Shown here piece by piece: positions 47,191 through 64,000 of a DNA stretch of 64,000 nt (position 1 is the stretch's first letter; every line of letters begins with the position of its first letter). A program made the translations under genes and the position numbers. Origin of the DNA: the human T2T-CHM13v2.0 reference genome, Homo sapiens; NCBI RefSeq assembly GCF_009914755.1, contig NC_060943.1; one strand, 5' to 3'. The notes below the pieces were generated by a model. It was not told the origin of the DNA and made no database searches. It worked only from the letters and a program-made list of their open reading frames with translations.

Positions 47191-47427
47191 ATGGCTGTAG
47201 TTCCTTCTAGCCTGTGGGATTTCCCGGAGACATAAAATTAATACAAAGTTGGTACTGTCGTGGAGCTGTGATGTTTTAAGTCAGGATGTTTAACTTTATT
47301 TATTTATTTATTTTGAGACTGAGTCTTGCTCTGTTGCCCAACCTCTGCCTCTCTGGTTCAAGCGATTCTTCTGCCTCAGCCTCCCAAGTAGCTGGGATTA
47401 CAGGCCTGCACCACCATGCCTGGCTAA

Positions 47428-47598
<171 letters not shown>

Positions 47599-48751
47599 TA
47601 GGACCATGCTATCATGAAAGGAAAGTATATTTTAGTGCCAAATAAAATTAGAAAGGATGTAATCGCAGAATAAAGAGCAGTTAGTAACTTTATACACACA
47701 TATGTGTTAATCGTGTGTATCTTTGGATCTCTGGATTGGGAGTGTCCCGTTTTATATACAAGATTTTTTAATGAGGGTGGGTCCTGTTTTTAATGAGGTT
47801 GTTTCTGTTCCACTTGCACCAAAGCTAGTGACTCAAAGCCACACAAATAGATTTTTGTGATTGTCTCGAAAATAAAGTTAAGTGACTAAAAATCATATCC
47901 TTCAGTTAGGGGGTAGAAATCCATGGCTTTTGGTAAGTGGACACTTGAGAATGATACTGTCTTTATTTCTTTGAAGTGGCTAGAAAGGAAACATGAATTT
48001 TCTCAGTACCTTTTCTTATTCACTAAGCTTGGGGCGGTGGGTGAGGGGTGGTTTCATGTATGGACGATGGAGTTTTTTAGGAAGCCCCAGTCTGCTTTTA
48101 AAAAGTACTCACTTTTATGTAATGCTTACAAAACATACGTAGATTAACCAAAATAACTAAACTAGGTTTTGCCAAGCCAGATCTCCTGGTAAGTGTGAGC
48201 TTCCTAAACTTACTCTGTTTAAGGTATTTATCTAAAGACTCGCTTCTATTTATGATCACAAAGCATCTGCTTTGATATTATTAGATGGTTTCTTGAGATT
48301 TTTTTTGCAGGAAAATATTTTGTCTTATCTTCTCTTGACAGCACTTCAGCTCCTGCCTGGCAAGCTCAAAGTGCTTTAAATTGTGGTACCTTCATGAATT
48401 CTCTTTAAAAAGAAAAGGATCCCTTTTCTGATTTTACAGATTTGGTGGTGGTATGGGGGCTTGGGTTGGAGGAAGATGTTTGGGGATCATGGGAATGAAA
48501 TAGGTAATCTGATGTTTTCTCTCCTCCCTACTTTTACTCATTCCACTTCCATTTCATGAAACAGTTCCGGTTACTCTCTTAGTTGGCTTTCTGATTTATT
48601 CCAGACCCTAACCAGGTACCATAGGTGCAGCATGGAACAAGTCTTTCTGCTGTCATAGAGTTGGCATTTTGTTTCCAGAGAGACGTAATAAACACGAAAG
48701 TTTCAGATTAAATGCCACAAAGAAAATAAAACAAGACATGACAGTGTCTAG

Positions 48752-49255
<504 letters not shown>

Positions 49256-49351
49256 GCCTCCACCTTGTACATAATTGGCTCTACATATGTATTTGCTAAC
49301 TTGATTATTTGCAGAATTTAACAGTTTACCCTTTGACACTTTTATTTGCAG

Positions 49352-49402
49352 CCATGGATTGCAAAGATAGACCAGCTTTTCCAGTTAAGAAGTTAATACA
49401 AG
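49352..49402 (+). CDS. CHAF1A: CHAF1A exon 2
   Basis: tttgcag acceptor, CAAG|gtaatt donor. (A)[16 protein letters not shown](A). Confidence 0.95.
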
Positions 49403-49609
49403 GTAATTATTTGGAAATGGGTTAAAGAGTTGTTCGTAGTTTATAGTCTTCCTTGTCTCTTGTTGGAGACCTCAGTGGAAGCCTGGAGCTAGAGGGGAGA
49501 GAAACAGTCCTTCTTCAGACCAGGAAGCTGGGAAAATGCTTTTCACACAGTAATGTCTCGTGGGGTTCCCACAAGTAAACCCCGAGGCCTCCACTTATGC
49601 ACAATTGGT

Positions 49610-52217
<2,608 letters not shown>

Positions 52218-52342
52218 TAGTCCCTTTTTAAACTTTAAAATTATCTCCCACCCCCATGTCCCAACAAATCAGTAATTTTCAAGCTCATGAGTGGTTGTAA
52301 CTTTAAACGTTCACTAGAGATGGCTTTCTGTCTTTGTTTCAG

Positions 52343-53199
52343 CCCGTCTGCCGTTTAAGCGCCTGAATCTTGTCCCAAAGGGGAAAGCCGATGACATGTC
52401 AGACGATCAGGGTACTTCTGTGCAAAGTAAAAGCCCCGATTTAGAGGCCTCTTTGGACACCTTGGAAAACAACTGTCATGTGGGTTCTGACATAGACTTT
52501 AGACCGAAACTTGTCAACGGGAAGGGTCCCTTAGATAACTTTTTAAGAAATAGAATCGAAACCAGTATTGGCCAGAGCACAGTCATCATTGATTTGACAG
52601 AGGACTCGAATGAGCAGCCAGACAGTCTTGTGGACCACAATAAACTAAATTCTGAAGCCTCTCCCTCCAGGGAGGCAATAAATGGCCAGCGAGAAGACAC
52701 TGGGGATCAGCAGGGGTTGTTGAAGGCCATTCAGAACGACAAGTTGGCATTTCCTGGAGAGACCCTTTCAGACATTCCTTGCAAAACAGAGGAGGAGGGT
52801 GTTGGCTGTGGAGGTGCAGGGAGGAGAGGCGACTCCCAGGAATGTTCGCCACGGAGCTGCCCGGAGCTGACGAGTGGCCCGAGAATGTGCCCCAGAAAGG
52901 AGCAGGACAGTTGGAGTGAAGCTGGGGGCATCCTGTTCAAAGGGAAGGTGCCTATGGTGGTCTTGCAGGACATCTTGGCTGTGAGACCACCGCAAATCAA
53001 GTCCCTTCCAGCCACACCCCAAGGCAAGAACATGACCCCTGAGAGTGAGGTGCTGGAATCTTTCCCCGAAGAAGACTCTGTACTCAGCCATTCGTCCCTG
53101 AGCTCTCCCTCTTCCACCAGCTCGCCCGAGGGGCCGCCTGCTCCCCCAAAGCAGCACAGCAGTACCAGTCCCTTCCCCACCTCCACGCCCCTCCGCAGA
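52343..53199 (+). CDS. CHAF1A: CHAF1A exon 3 (857 nt; end of PIP box, SIM, PxVxL)
   Basis: tttcag acceptor, AGA|gtgagt donor. RLPFKRLNLVPKGKADDMSDDQ...STPLRR, including VIIDLT (52582-52599) and PMVVL (52951-52965). Confidence 0.97.
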
Positions 53200-53700
53200 G
53201 TGAGTATCTCCCATGGAGTCCCTGCACATCAGTGCTCACGGATCTCAGAGCGCTGTCAGTCTCCACTGGGTCACCCAGGTGTTTTGTGGCAGAGTGAGCG
53301 GGGCCACGGGCTGGGTCCTGGGACTCGACGTGGAGTTCTTCCTGGTATCAAAACTCACAGTGTTCAGTTCTGCATTCGTTGTGATGCCCCTGGGACTTAA
53401 TTCATCAACAGTGTACCTGGTGTACTGTGTGAATAACACCCTGCTGTTTTGCCTTCGTTGTTCACATCTAATCAGTGATAGCTTAGCCGTTTTAGGGAAT
53501 TAGGATCTGAGCTGGTGCTGTAACCCCTCACTTCAGATTCGAGGTCCAGCTTTCTCTGTGCCCTTCCTGTCTAAGCATAGAAATGTAGGGACGGGGCTGC
53601 AAAGACACTGAGCACTGAAGTGGCAGTGAGACGGCAGGAAGCATGACTTGGGGAATTCTGTAGGGTCAGCACAGCCAGCCATCTTAAAAACCTTACCTGG

Positions 53701-61200
<7,500 letters not shown>

Positions 61201-61460
61201 CTTGTCTGTTGCCTTTATTTCTGAGCTTGCCTTGTTTTTCTTGTGCTTGGTGTCCTTCACTCATTTCTTTATCTGCCTCCGTAGTCTCTCTTGTTATCTA
61301 ATCCCAGATACACACATGTATGCACACTTACTGGAGTTTGTGACCCTATTATGACATTTTGGTTCTGTTGGTGGAAAAACTGATCACCTGGAAAGGTTTC
61401 TCTTTTTCTCGAAGCAATTGAAATAACCCGTGTTTAAAGATAAACGTCTTCTGTTTTCAG

Positions 61461-61517
61461 ATAACTAAGAAATTCGTCAAAGGCTCTACAGAGAAGAACA
61501 AGCTCAGACTGCAAAGA
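61461..61517 (+). CDS. CHAF1A: CHAF1A exon 4 (gene continues beyond the window)
   Basis: ttttcag acceptor, AGA|gtaaga donor. ITKKFVKGSTEKNKLRLQR, phase 0-0. Confidence 0.92.
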
Positions 61518-61762
61518 GTAAGACATTTTCCCTGAAATAGAAAATTAACCTGCTGTGCTTTTTGCATTAAATAGTAAGCAAAGCCCTTTGAAGTTCCTTT
61601 GGTCTAGTTTTTACATTTTCCCCAGCCTTCTCTGACCATCATTTTGATTCCTGCTTCATTTTAAGTACTTGGACTTCATGGTTTGTGGATTGTGTCATTT
61701 TTTGGCTTGCTGAGTGAGTCCTAAGGTTTTGTGTGTGGCCTTTTCTAAGCTTTTATCAATAG

Positions 61763-63989
<2,227 letters not shown>

Positions 63990-64000
63990 TAACATTGAAC

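Noticed and set aside
52396-53400. 334-aa ORF as a stand-alone gene
   Set aside because: It is CHAF1A exon 3 with read-through past the donor at 53200.

Overview
Human genomic DNA, recognisable from its proteins as the MPND - SH3GL1 - CHAF1A locus (19p13.3 from recall). It holds the last five coding exons of MPND (+, intact JAMM motif HxHx7Sx2D). It also holds the complete SH3GL1/endophilin-A2 gene (-, 10 coding exons summing to 1107 nt = 368 aa + stop, with a 33.3-kb intron 1) and the first four exons of CHAF1A (CAF-1 p150, +, 339 codons). MPND and SH3GL1 are tail-to-tail, with poly(A) signals about 320 nt apart. SH3GL1 and CHAF1A are head-to-head from two CpG islands, with ATGs about 2.4 kb apart. 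The remainder is very Alu-rich, with MER20, MER82, MLT1, L1, L2 and MIR relics and microsatellites. Most track ORFs are GC-rich or Alu-derived noise. I found no convincing new gene system. The best unexplained structures are: a gap-free 259-bp non-Alu inverted repeat (12 mismatches, 745-bp spacer) in SH3GL1 intron 1; a (GGAA)13 array midway between the divergent promoters; an in-frame, stop-free 93-nt MPND intron with a weak donor; and a palindromic twin AP-1/ARE element. Exon boundaries were read by hand. Repeat boundaries and subfamilies are approximate.
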